A stretch of DNA of 14,523 bases from Candidatus Fermentibacteraceae bacterium (GTDB lineage: Bacteria > Fermentibacterota > Fermentibacteria > Fermentibacterales > JCC-6), in assembly GCA_041750285.1 (NCBI GenBank), contig JBGSZS010000022.1:1-14523 (forward strand). The letters are read 5' to 3'. Position numbers and translations under genes: made by a program. Below, piece by piece: positions 6,938 through 14,523 of this stretch. Position 1 is the stretch's first letter. Every line of letters begins with the position of its first letter. A model generated the notes under the pieces. That model did no database searches. It saw only the letters and a program-made list of their open reading frames with translations, and was not told the DNA's origin.

Positions 6938-7489
6938 TCAGATGCTCATCATTCCCCTGAGGAAACGGATTTCCCCATTCGGTTTGACCTGTCTTGGCGG
7001 AGAGATGAACACATGTGTCCAGAAACGGCCCACCGAGTCATACCCGATACCCTGACAGGTGAAATTCTGGTTTTCGATGTTATGCCTGTGGGCAGGGCTG
7101 AACAACCAGCTCCTCAGGACGGATGACGGGCTGGTCTGCCCTCTGGCAATGTTTTCACCGGCCCTGTCATACCGGATCCCCGCCAGGGCGAGGCGTACGA
7201 AGGAATCGTTTCCGTCGGGGTTGATATGGCTGAAGAAGTGACGGACCCTCATGTCGATGGAGTGTCCGAGTGCAACGGCGAAAAGCCTGTTGTCCCATTG
7301 AAGCGTGTCCAGACCAAGGCTGATCCTGTACAGGTTCACCATGTGAGCCACCTCGAGGGCATTTCTATGGGGAACGGGACCCTGATCCGATCTTTCCACC
7401 GGTCTAAAAAGGGACCAGCAACCTGTTGCCAGAAGCAGAAGCCCCAGCAGGGAGGCTGCGACTGAACAACGTGTCCCGCTTCTGCCCAT
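6938..7489 (-). CDS. CAP/SCP-domain (YkwD-like) predicted lipoprotein
   Basis: Start reassigned to ATG 7489 (GGAAAGG upstream); LLLLATGC lipobox-like motif; VNLYR..HSIDM..FFSH, GENIARG, SWLFSPAHRHNI, FWTHVF. Confidence 0.85.
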   Translation of the reverse strand: MGRSGTRCSVAASLLGLLLLATGCWSLFRPVERSDQGPVPHRNALEVAHMVNLYRISLGLDTLQWDNRLFAVALGHSIDMRVRHFFSHINPDGNDSFVRLALAGIRYDRAGENIARGQTSPSSVLRSWLFSPAHRHNIENQNFTCQGIGYDSVGRFWTHVFISPPRQVKPNGEIRFLRGMMSI

Positions 7490-7721
7490 ACAGTTGCCTT
7501 TCCAGCTGAAGTCGGACAAAAGTTGCCGTGTGTGTTCCCGAACATACGATATCCGTTAATCATCCGTGCTACCGGAACCCCGGGAAGGGGGCATCAGGGC
7601 AGCGAATGATTCTTATCCTGACCACATTGGCCCTCCTTCTGAAAAACCCGGAAAAGATGAAACCCTCCACTTCCCCACAGTAAATCCGGCCTCAAAAACA
7701 TCGATTTTTCAAGGCATGGGA

Positions 7722-7750
7722 TTGACCCTCAGCGGATGCTTCAAGATAAT
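7722..7750 (+). promoter_or_regulatory. Candidate sigma70 promoter TTGACC-N17-GATAAT
   Basis: -35 at 7722-7727, -10 at 7745-7750, 50 bp upstream of ATG 7800. Confidence 0.6.
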
Positions 7751-7799
7751 GAGACCGGTGTTCCGATGACTGTGAATACCATAACGGAAAGGCACCCGT

Positions 7800-9482
7800 A
7801 TGGTTGTCTGGCTTCTCCTGGGCGCATTGACAAACTTCGCCTCTTCAGTGGCTCCAGCCGGTCGACCGGTGATCATCACCCAGACCTACACCGAGGTGAC
7901 TGCCCAAATGGGCATCAGCGTACCGGGGCTCGGAAGCGGAACGGCCTGGGGTGACTTCGACGGCGACGGCGACATGGACCTTCTGGTCTCGAAATCAGGG
8001 TATCCCTACAACGTCCACTTGTACCGGAACGACGGCACGATCTTCACGAACGTGACGGCAACATCAGGCCTTGGCAGCGAGGCCCGCAACTTCGCCGTCG
8101 GCGACTACGACAACGACGGGCTGGATGATGTGGCCTTCATCTCCTTCGGCTACGCCGAGACCCGTCTGTATCACAACTCGGGTGGGATGCAGTTCACCGA
8201 TGTCAGCGCCACTGCGGGCATTTACGGAACGTACTCGTGGCGCTGTTCATGGGTTGATTACGATGATGACGGTCTTCTCGACCTGTACCTTTGCGGAACC
8301 ACATCCTTCCTCTTCCGGAACCTGGGGAACGGCACCTTTGAAGAGCAGACCGCTTCCGCAGGCATGCAGACCGGAGGCAGGAGCTGCTCCTGGCTTGACT
8401 ACGACAACGATGGTGATGAAGACTGTTACGTGGGACGCACCAGCACGAACCTGCTCTATCGGAACAACGGCAACGGCACCTTCACCGAGGTAGCCGCAGC
8501 TGCGGGGGTGAACGACCCCGGAGGCACTTCCGGCGTATGCTCGGGCGACTACGATGGCGACGGCCTTTTCGACCTCTACAGCGTGAACATCAACACCCCC
8601 TCCAACGTGCTCTACCGCAACCTTGGCAACGGCACCTTCGAGGACGTAACCTCTGCGGCCGGTGTGGGAGACGTGGGCGACGGCCGCACAGCCACATTCA
8701 TCGACATCGACTATGACGGGCTCGTAGATATCTTCAGCTCAAACCATGTCTACTCCAACAGGCTCTATCGCAACAACGGCAACGGAACATTCACCGATGT
8801 TGCCGACGCCATGTCCATTGCCAGCCCCCCCGATCCATTCGGGACCGGCTTTGCCGATTACGACAACGACGGTGACATCGACGTGTTCCTGGCGACCCAC
8901 TTCGGCAACGAGCTCCTGCGCTGCGACGGTGTTGCGAATCAGTGGGTCCGCATCAGTCTAGTGGGGACTGTTTCCAACAGAAGCGCCATCGGCGCGGTGG
9001 TGAAATGCGTTTCCGGCGGGGTGACGACGTACGCCAGGGTTGACGGCGGCCATGGAATGGGAGATTCCGACAGCAGGGTCCTTGGGTTCGGCCTGGGGGA
9101 CAGTGCGGCCCCGTTCGAGATCACGGTGTATTGGCCATCGGGCATCGTCGAGATCTACGACGACCTTGAAGCAGGCACTTTTGCTGTCCTGACCGAAGGT
9201 GGAGGGTCCGGGGCGGCAGGCTCGGTGACCGCTCCCGTCGAGGGAGGGCCGACCCTTGGGGTTCGTCCCGTACCGGCAACCGGAAGCTGCCTTCTGGAGC
9301 TGGCAGGACCGGATGGCCCGACAGACATCGTGATACTGGATGTATCCGGAAGGGTCGTCCGTCGGGAGACCATGGAAGCATCAGGCACACTCACAGTGAC
9401 TGGACTGCCCGCAGGTGTTTACCGGGTGACCGCATCCCATGGGTGCTGGACGGCCAGCGCTGCAATGGTGATCCTGCCTTAG
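7800..9482 (+). CDS. FG-GAP/VCBS-repeat, ASPIC/UnbV (CRTAC1-like) secreted protein with T9SS-like C-terminal domain
   Basis: 560 aa; seven D(Y/F/I)DxDGxxD blades with LYRNxGNGTF; UnbV-like NRSAIGAVV..LGFGLG..VYWPSG; C-terminal RPVPAT..ILDVSGRVV..LPAGVYRV. Confidence 0.9.
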   Translation: MVVWLLLGALTNFASSVAPAGRPVIITQTYTEVTAQMGISVPGLGSGTAWGDFDGDGDMDLLVSKSGYPYNVHLYRNDGTIFTNVTATSGLGSEARNFAVGDYDNDGLDDVAFISFGYAETRLYHNSGGMQFTDVSATAGIYGTYSWRCSWVDYDDDGLLDLYLCGTTSFLFRNLGNGTFEEQTASAGMQTGGRSCSWLDYDNDGDEDCYVGRTSTNLLYRNNGNGTFTEVAAAAGVNDPGGTSGVCSGDYDGDGLFDLYSVNINTPSNVLYRNLGNGTFEDVTSAAGVGDVGDGRTATFIDIDYDGLVDIFSSNHVYSNRLYRNNGNGTFTDVADAMSIASPPDPFGTGFADYDNDGDIDVFLATHFGNELLRCDGVANQWVRISLVGTVSNRSAIGAVVKCVSGGVTTYARVDGGHGMGDSDSRVLGFGLGDSAAPFEITVYWPSGIVEIYDDLEAGTFAVLTEGGGSGAAGSVTAPVEGGPTLGVRPVPATGSCLLELAGPDGPTDIVILDVSGRVVRRETMEASGTLTVTGLPAGVYRVTASHGCWTASAAMVILP

Positions 9483-9512
9483 TTGACCGGTGACTGGAGA
9501 CGGCTGGCGGGT

Positions 9513-9540
9513 TTGGCAATGATTGGCTTGGCAATATGAT
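9513..9540 (+). promoter_or_regulatory. Candidate sigma70 promoter TTGGCA-N16-TATGAT for the activator gene
   Basis: -35 at 9513-9518, -10 at 9535-9540. It overlaps the track's ATG 9536, favouring the later start at 9587. Confidence 0.5.
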
Positions 9541-9586
9541 TGGGCAGGCGATCACCCATCTCACCAGGGCAAGGGAGTGCCAATCC

Positions 9587-10972
9587 ATGGCGGATCGAAG
9601 GGATGCAACGAAAGGTTCGGAGCTTACCGAAGCCATTCTCGAGAGCATCTCAGACGGTGTTTTCACCGTTGACCCGGACTGGAGGATCACTTCCTTCAAT
9701 CGAGCCGCAACACTCATCACCGGCGTCGACGCTGCGGAAGCCACAGGAAGGCTCTGCTCGGAGGTCTTCCGCTCAAGCATGTGCGAATCCGATTGCGCCC
9801 TCAGGGAAACGATGAGAACCGGCAGGCCCGTGATAGGCAAGTCGGGGTACATAATAAGAAGCGACGGCAACAGGATCCCCATCAGCACCTCCACCGCACT
9901 CCTCCGCGACTCCAGGGGAAGGATAACCGGCGGGGTCGAGACATTCCGAGACCTTTCGGAAGTCGAAGCGCTCAGACACGAACTCGAAGGCAGGGGCAGA
10001 AGCGGCGGCATGATAAGCAGAAGCCCGCTCATGGAAAGGGTTTTCGAGATAATGCCCTCAGTTGCCTCGAGCCCCAGCACCGTTCTCATCCAGGGCGAGA
10101 CCGGTACGGGCAAGGAGCTTCTTGCCAGGACAATACACTCCCTGGGTCCCCGGCATGACGGCCCGTTCATCGCGGTGAACTGCGGCGCCCTGCCGGACAC
10201 CCTTCTCGAATCGGAACTCTTCGGCTACAAGACGGGCGCATTCACGGGAGCCGTAAAGGACAAACCGGGGCGCTTCGCACTGGCACGGGGCGGAACTCTG
10301 TTCCTCGATGAGATAGGCGAAGTAAGCCCAGCCCTTCAGGCAAGGCTGCTGAGAGTACTTCAGGACAAGACTTTCGAGCCCCTGGGCTCGGTGAGCCAGG
10401 AATCAACCGACGCAAGGATAATCGCCGCAACCAACGCCGACCTTCGTGAGGAGGTCAGTGCCGGGAGATTCCGCGAGGACCTTTACTACAGGGTGAACGT
10501 CGTTCGGATTGATCTTCCCCCTCTCCGCCGCAGGAAGGAGGACATTCCCCTCCTCACCGCCGGCTTTGTGGAGAAATTCAACCTGCTTCACGGCAGGAAC
10601 GTCAGGGGAGTATCTTCCGAAGCCCTTTCGCTCTTCATGGCTCATGACTGGCCAGGCAACATCAGGGAGCTTGAGAATGTCGTGGAGAGGGCATTCGTGA
10701 TGTGCACCGATGGTTTCATAGGCATAGGCCACCTTCCCGACGAAATCACGTCGGCTTCTCTCCTGTCCTCCATCGATCCAGGCAACATCAGGGCCCACCA
10801 GATCCTTGACGCACGGATGATCACCGCGGCACTCGAAAGGAACGGCTTCAATCGAACGGCTGCCGCAAGGGAACTGGGCATTCACAAAACAACGCTTTTC
10901 CGGAAGATGAAACGGCTGGGGATGACCCTTCCCGAAAGGGATGGACGTTCCAGGAACGAGCCGATACAGTAG
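9587..10972 (+). CDS. Sigma54-dependent enhancer-binding protein, PAS-AAA+-Fis HTH (OrpR-like)
   Basis: PAS ([18 protein letters not shown]) with C-x8-C-x3-[67 protein letters not shown] 9587 has an AAGGGAG RBS (track start 9536). Confidence 0.93.
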   Translation: MADRRDATKGSELTEAILESISDGVFTVDPDWRITSFNRAATLITGVDAAEATGRLCSEVFRSSMCESDCALRETMRTGRPVIGKSGYIIRSDGNRIPISTSTALLRDSRGRITGGVETFRDLSEVEALRHELEGRGRSGGMISRSPLMERVFEIMPSVASSPSTVLIQGETGTGKELLARTIHSLGPRHDGPFIAVNCGALPDTLLESELFGYKTGAFTGAVKDKPGRFALARGGTLFLDEIGEVSPALQARLLRVLQDKTFEPLGSVSQESTDARIIAATNADLREEVSAGRFREDLYYRVNVVRIDLPPLRRRKEDIPLLTAGFVEKFNLLHGRNVRGVSSEALSLFMAHDWPGNIRELENVVERAFVMCTDGFIGIGHLPDEITSASLLSSIDPGNIRAHQILDARMITAALERNGFNRTAAARELGIHKTTLFRKMKRLGMTLPERDGRSRNEPIQ

Positions 10973-11048
10973 CACATACGCATACTTGTTTTGCGTTACA
11001 GTTGCTTCATGGCTACTGTACCTGTTTTGCACGTAGCTTCCATGTTAT
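10965..11048. promoter_or_regulatory. Three phased imperfect palindromes, candidate upstream activator sites
   Basis: GTWGC half-sites start at 10969, 11001 and 11033 (32 bp apart). Central site TACAGTTGC-N6-GCTACTGTA (10997-11020). Confidence 0.65.
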
Positions 11049-11090
11049 TGTCTGCATTACATTTACATTATGGCTGAATCCTCATGGAAC

Positions 11091-11106
11091 TGGCACCTCC
11101 CTTGCT
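11091..11106 (+). promoter_or_regulatory. Sigma54 -24/-12 promoter TGGCAC-N5-TTGCT
   Basis: TGGCACCTCCCTTGCT matches the consensus; it lies 28 bp before GTG 11135, next to an enhancer-binding protein gene. Confidence 0.92.
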
Positions 11107-11134
11107 GAAGGTATGTCGTGAAGGGAAGTGAGCA

Positions 11135-11650
11135 GTGAAGAGAACCGCGTTTTCTGTCTGGATGAACCGGATCGCACCAGTGATGGATGTGGCGGGAACC
11201 GTCTGCATCGTTGAAAACGACGGGGCCGATGCCACTGAAAGAAAGCTCCTGGCTCTCCCCGCCGACCATCCTTCCGGAATAGCGCTGTTTCTGAGGGAGA
11301 TGCGAGTCGACTCCCTCGTCTGCGGGGCGATCTCGAACGGCCTGCTGCGGCTGCTGAACTCCCAGGGCATAAGGGTCATGCCTTTTGTTGCGGGTGATCT
11401 GGAAACTGTCATACGCGCCTGTCTCGAAGGCAGGCTCCCTGACGTCGCCCTTCTGATGCCCGGGTGCGGACGATTCGGACGGCACGGTCAAGGTGCCGGA
11501 TGCATCGCGGGAAATGCGGGAAAAGGGATTGGCAGACCGGGGGGGACATGTGTATGCCCCGGTTGCGGTCACCGTATACCTCATGTACGGGGTGTGCCGT
11601 GTGCAAAGAGGCAATGCCCGATGTGTGGCGTGGAAATGAAGAGAGATTAG
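11135..11650 (+). CDS. NifB/NifX (dinitrogenase FeMo-co biosynthesis) family domain fused to a Cys-rich metal-binding tail
   Basis: RIAPVMDVA..VDSLVCGAIS..GIRVMPFVAGDLE..MPGC, then GGTCVCPGCGHRIPHVRGVPCAKRQCPMCGVEMKR. Confidence 0.85.
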   Translation: MKRTAFSVWMNRIAPVMDVAGTVCIVENDGADATERKLLALPADHPSGIALFLREMRVDSLVCGAISNGLLRLLNSQGIRVMPFVAGDLETVIRACLEGRLPDVALLMPGCGRFGRHGQGAGCIAGNAGKGIGRPGGTCVCPGCGHRIPHVRGVPCAKRQCPMCGVEMKRD

Positions 11651-11665
11651 GAAAGGAGGCAGAAA

Positions 11666-11956
11666 ATGCCGGGAAGGGACGGAACGGGACCCATGGGAAT
11701 GGGCGCGATGACCGGAAGAAGGATGGGATCCTGTGTCGGGCCGGGAATGGGGCTCAGGGGCATGGGCCGTGGACGGGGCTGGTTCTTTGGAAACCCATTT
11801 CAGGGAGCTGCGCCCGCACAGGAGAATGATCAGAACTACCTGAAAAGCCGCGCCGACGCTCTGCAGGCCGAACTCGAATCGATCCGGAAACGCCTCTCCG
11901 ATATCGATGAGAAGGCCGGGAAGCAGGCTGCGGCTGGAGCCGTCCGGGGACAGTAG
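11666..11956 (+). CDS. DUF5320-family protein
   Basis: AGGAGG RBS; MPGRDGTGPMGMGAMTGRRMGSC, Gly/Arg-rich middle, C-terminal coiled coil (LKSRADALQAELESIRKRLSDI). Confidence 0.85.
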   Translation: MPGRDGTGPMGMGAMTGRRMGSCVGPGMGLRGMGRGRGWFFGNPFQGAAPAQENDQNYLKSRADALQAELESIRKRLSDIDEKAGKQAAAGAVRGQ

Positions 11957-11989
11957 CTCCGGACGGCTCCCCACCGAAAGGAATGCAAA

Positions 11990-12352
11990 GTGAGGATAGC
12001 TTTCACGACCACGGGCGACTCGCCCGATTCACCACTCGACCCGAGATTCGGCAGAGCGGCGGGATTTCTGGTGTACGACACCGAAAAAGGTGCCTTTGAA
12101 GCTTTCAGCAACGCCCGGAACCTGAACGCCGTTCAGGGGGCGGGCATCCAGGCCGCGCAGAACCTCGGCTCACTGGGTGTGGAAGCCCTTGTTACCGGAC
12201 ACTGCGGTCCCAAGGCTTTCACGGTCCTTTCCAGGGCGGGCATCAAGGTGTACAACACGGGGCTTTCCACGGTGTCCCAGGCCCTGAAAGCCTTTCTTGA
12301 CGGGGAACTGTCAGCAGCCGAATCGGCCGACAGCGAAAGCCACTGGGCATGA
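11990..12352 (+). CDS. NifB/NifX family (MTH1175/orange-protein-like) protein
   Basis: MRIAFT..DPRFGRAAGFLVYD..GAGIQAAQ..VEALVTGHCGPKAF..ESHW. Confidence 0.92.
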   Translation: MRIAFTTTGDSPDSPLDPRFGRAAGFLVYDTEKGAFEAFSNARNLNAVQGAGIQAAQNLGSLGVEALVTGHCGPKAFTVLSRAGIKVYNTGLSTVSQALKAFLDGELSAAESADSESHWA

Positions 12353-12642
12353 ACCAATGGACAACTCACATGAGTGGGTATGAAGAGCTCCGGAAGTCGC
12401 TGGAGGAAATGGCGGAAAGGTCGGGTTTCATGCTCAACCCCGACGTTGAGAGGCTGGAGAAGGTTGTCGGTCTGATGACTGAAAACACGGTTCTCACCGG
12501 ACAGAGGTTCTGCCCGTGCAAGCAGTCGCACCCCCTTGATCCCGGCAGGGATGTCGTCTGTCCCTGCCCGGAATTGAGAAGTGAGATCGAAGCGGAAGGA
12601 CACTGCTTCTGCAGGCTCTTCTTCGCCCGGGAGAAGCAGTGA
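12349..12642 (+). CDS. Ferredoxin:thioredoxin reductase catalytic (beta) subunit-like protein
   Basis: LNPD..GL..N..G.RFCPC, VVCPC, EI..EGHCFCRLF. ATGA overlap upstream and GTGA overlap downstream; alternative start 12370. Confidence 0.88.
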   Translation: MNQWTTHMSGYEELRKSLEEMAERSGFMLNPDVERLEKVVGLMTENTVLTGQRFCPCKQSHPLDPGRDVVCPCPELRSEIEAEGHCFCRLFFAREKQ

Positions 12643-13472
12643 GGGTGGTCGTGGCCTCAGGCAAGGGAGGCACGGGAAAGACCACGGTTGCACTTAACCT
12701 CGCCAGGGCGTGGGGCGAGCCTGTCCAACTTCTGGACTGCGACGTCGAAGCTCCCAACGCCAATCTCTTTCTGGGTGGGAAAGTGCTTGAAAGCCTTGTC
12801 GTGACCGTTCCGGTGCCGGAGGTTGACGAAACCCTGTGCAACGGTTGCGGAGAGTGCTCGGGATTCTGCGAGTACAGCGCATTGGCCTGCGTGGCGGCAA
12901 AGGCGATGGTCTTCGTCAGCATGTGCCACAGCTGCGGCGGTTGTTCCCCGGTCTGCCCCACAGGAGCGATATCCGAGGTTGAAAACCGCATTGGGACCAT
13001 CGTAACTTCATCCTCCGGGAACATCACTCTTCTGGAGGGAATCCTGGATGTCGGCGGTACCATGGCCCCCTCGCTGATCCGCCGGTTGAAATCGCTTCAA
13101 AAAAGCGGCACAACGGTGATACTCGACTCACCTCCGGGCACTTCATGCCCCGTGGTCACCACGATGAAGGGCGCGGATTTCGTTGTCCTGGTCACTGAAC
13201 CCACGCCTTTCGGTCTCCATGACCTGACACTGGCCGTTGACACCACAAGAGAACTTGGAATACCCTTCGGTGTGGTCGTGAACCGCCTCGGGACGGGCGA
13301 TGACCGTGTCCACTCATACTGTGCGAATGAAGGCATACGGGTCCTGATGGAGATACCGGACGACCGCAGGATTGCCGAAGCCTACTCCCGCGGGAAGCTG
13401 GTGGTGGATGCCCTTCCGGAGTACGCCGGGCTTTTCACGGGCCTGCGCCGGAAATTGGAGAAACCCTTATGA
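12639..13472 (+). CDS. MinD/ParA-superfamily P-loop ATPase with inserted 2x[4Fe-4S] ferredoxin domain (Orp3/Orp4-like)
   Basis: SGKGGTGKTT, DCDVEAPN, CNGCGECSGFC, CHSCGGCSPVCP, DSPPGTSCPV, VTEPTPFGLHDL. Confidence 0.93.
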   Translation: MRVVVASGKGGTGKTTVALNLARAWGEPVQLLDCDVEAPNANLFLGGKVLESLVVTVPVPEVDETLCNGCGECSGFCEYSALACVAAKAMVFVSMCHSCGGCSPVCPTGAISEVENRIGTIVTSSSGNITLLEGILDVGGTMAPSLIRRLKSLQKSGTTVILDSPPGTSCPVVTTMKGADFVVLVTEPTPFGLHDLTLAVDTTRELGIPFGVVVNRLGTGDDRVHSYCANEGIRVLMEIPDDRRIAEAYSRGKLVVDALPEYAGLFTGLRRKLEKPL

Positions 13473-14353
13473 GGGAACTGGTTGTGATAAGCGGCAAGGG
13501 CGGGACGGGAAAGACCAGTGTCGCCGCTTCCCTTGCAGTGCTCGCCGACCGACCGGTCATCGCGGACTGCGATGTGGACGCGGCTGACCTGCACCTTGTC
13601 TTCCAACCCGTGGCAAGGGAAATCAATGAATTCTACAGTGGCCACCAGGCGCTGATCAGAAGCGGGATCTGCACCGGCTGTGGAAGATGCCGTGATCTTT
13701 GCAGGTTCGAGGCCGTTGGAAGGGTGGATACCGCACCGGGAGATCCCATCTTCATCATCGATCCCACTGCATGTGAAGGCTGCGGTGTGTGCGTGCGCTT
13801 CTGTCCCGCAGGTGCCATCGATTTCCCGGAGAGGCATTGCGGACAGTGGATGATCTCCGACACGAGGGTGGGTCCGATGGTTCACGGGCGTCTGGGCACC
13901 GCCGCTGAAAACTCCGGAAAACTTGTCTCACTTGTGAGAAGCGAGGCACGAAGGGTGGCGGCGGCCGATGCCCGTTCGGGCATCATCATCGACGGTCCGC
14001 CCGGTATCGGTTGCCCGGTTATTGCCTCTGTGACCGGTGCGACGATGGTCCTCATCGTAACCGAACCGACGCTTTCCGGCGAGCATGACCTGAAACGGGT
14101 CATGGAGCTCACGGCCCACTTTCAAATCCCGACATGGGTGGCAGTGAACAAATGGGACCTGAACTCCGGGAACACATCCCGGATCGAAAGGGAGGCAGTT
14201 GCGGACGGTGCGAAACTCGCCGGAAGGATCAGATACGATCCGGGAGTCACGGAAGCGCAGATGACGGGAAAGGCAGTCGTGGAAACGGATGCACCGAGTG
14301 CGTATGATATGGCAAGAATATGGGATAACCTTGGGTTTCAGACCCTGAAATAA
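13469..14353 (+). CDS. Second MinD/ParA-superfamily ATPase with 2x[4Fe-4S] ferredoxin domain (Orp3/Orp4-like)
   Basis: SGKGGTGKTS, DCDVDAADL, CTGCGRCRDLC, CEGCGVCVRFCP, ENSGKLV, DGPPGIGCPV, VTEPTLSGEHDL; ATGA overlap with the previous gene. Confidence 0.93.
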   Translation: MRELVVISGKGGTGKTSVAASLAVLADRPVIADCDVDAADLHLVFQPVAREINEFYSGHQALIRSGICTGCGRCRDLCRFEAVGRVDTAPGDPIFIIDPTACEGCGVCVRFCPAGAIDFPERHCGQWMISDTRVGPMVHGRLGTAAENSGKLVSLVRSEARRVAAADARSGIIIDGPPGIGCPVIASVTGATMVLIVTEPTLSGEHDLKRVMELTAHFQIPTWVAVNKWDLNSGNTSRIEREAVADGAKLAGRIRYDPGVTEAQMTGKAVVETDAPSAYDMARIWDNLGFQTLK

Positions 14354-14370
14354 CGGAAGGAAAGAACAGT

Positions 14371-14523
14371 ATGAGGATCGCCATCCCCCTGGCCGGTGGA
14401 AGGCTCGCCATGCATTTCGGGCATTGCGAGAGCTTCGCCCTTGTGGATGTTGACAACGGATCGGGATGTATCGCCGGCAGAAAAGACGTTCCCGCACCGG
14501 CACACCAGCCCGGCCTTCTCCCC
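14371..14523 (+). CDS. NifB/NifX family protein, 3' end beyond window
   Basis: Not in the track. Manual translation MRIAIPLAGGRLAMHFGHCESFALVDVDNGSGCIAGRKDVPAPAHQPGLLP; GGAAGGA RBS. Confidence 0.88.
   Translation, partial: MRIAIPLAGGRLAMHFGHCESFALVDVDNGSGCIAGRKDVPAPAHQPGLLP

Noticed and set aside
8313..8798. Recurring AACGGCACCTT-like DNA repeats, superficially array-like
   Set aside because: They encode the LYRNxGNGTF blade repeats and vary at wobble positions; not CRISPR.
9513..9535. TTGGCAAT direct repeat as a sigma54 promoter
   Set aside because: No GC at the -12 position with correct spacing; fits a sigma70 promoter better.
9391..11032. Antisense ORFs of 269 and 209 aa
   Set aside because: Typical antisense shadows of sigma54 activator genes.
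11041..11090. IHF site between enhancer and sigma54 promoter
   Set aside because: AT-rich, but I found no match to WATCAANNNNTTR on either strand.
11063..11974. 303-aa minus-strand ORF
   Set aside because: Antisense to two well-supported genes and the sigma54 promoter; no motifs.
12349..13472. Selenocysteine readthrough at TGA stops
   Set aside because: All Cys motifs are complete, and each TGA overlaps the next start codon as ordinary coupling.
11135..14523. Nitrogen fixation, cell-division MinD or cobyrinate synthase interpretation
   Set aside because: No nifHDK, minCE or cob genes; the ferredoxin insert and gene context indicate Orp-type ATPases.

Overview
Bacterial chromosomal window with no mobile element, CRISPR array, rRNA or tRNA. 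The left two-thirds (1-9482) is a patchwork of predicted exported proteins. These are a GHSMG esterase, a beta-propeller protein and an FG-GAP/ASPIC-UnbV protein (all three with T9SS/FlgD-like C-terminal domains), a beta-sandwich protein ending in a TWGxIKxxF motif, an AgmX/TonB-C-like protein and a CAP lipoprotein, plus a PTS-EIIA/ArsB-NhaD fusion transporter. This style suggests an FCB-superphylum anaerobe such as Ca. Fermentibacteria (inference only). The right third (9587-14523) is a sigma54-controlled 'orange protein' (Orp)-like Fe-S/Mo cofactor locus. It has a Cys-PAS enhancer-binding protein, three 32-bp-phased candidate enhancer sites and a consensus -24/-12 promoter, followed by NifB/NifX-family proteins, DUF5320 and two ferredoxin-MinD ATPases. 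Unusually, a ferredoxin:thioredoxin reductase catalytic subunit is inserted and translationally coupled. Non-coding candidates include a 15-codon ORF with an extended Shine-Dalgarno behind a hairpin-rich leader, a symmetric bidirectional promoter, and a switch-like 5'UTR on the transporter. All family calls are from motif recognition by eye, not database searches.
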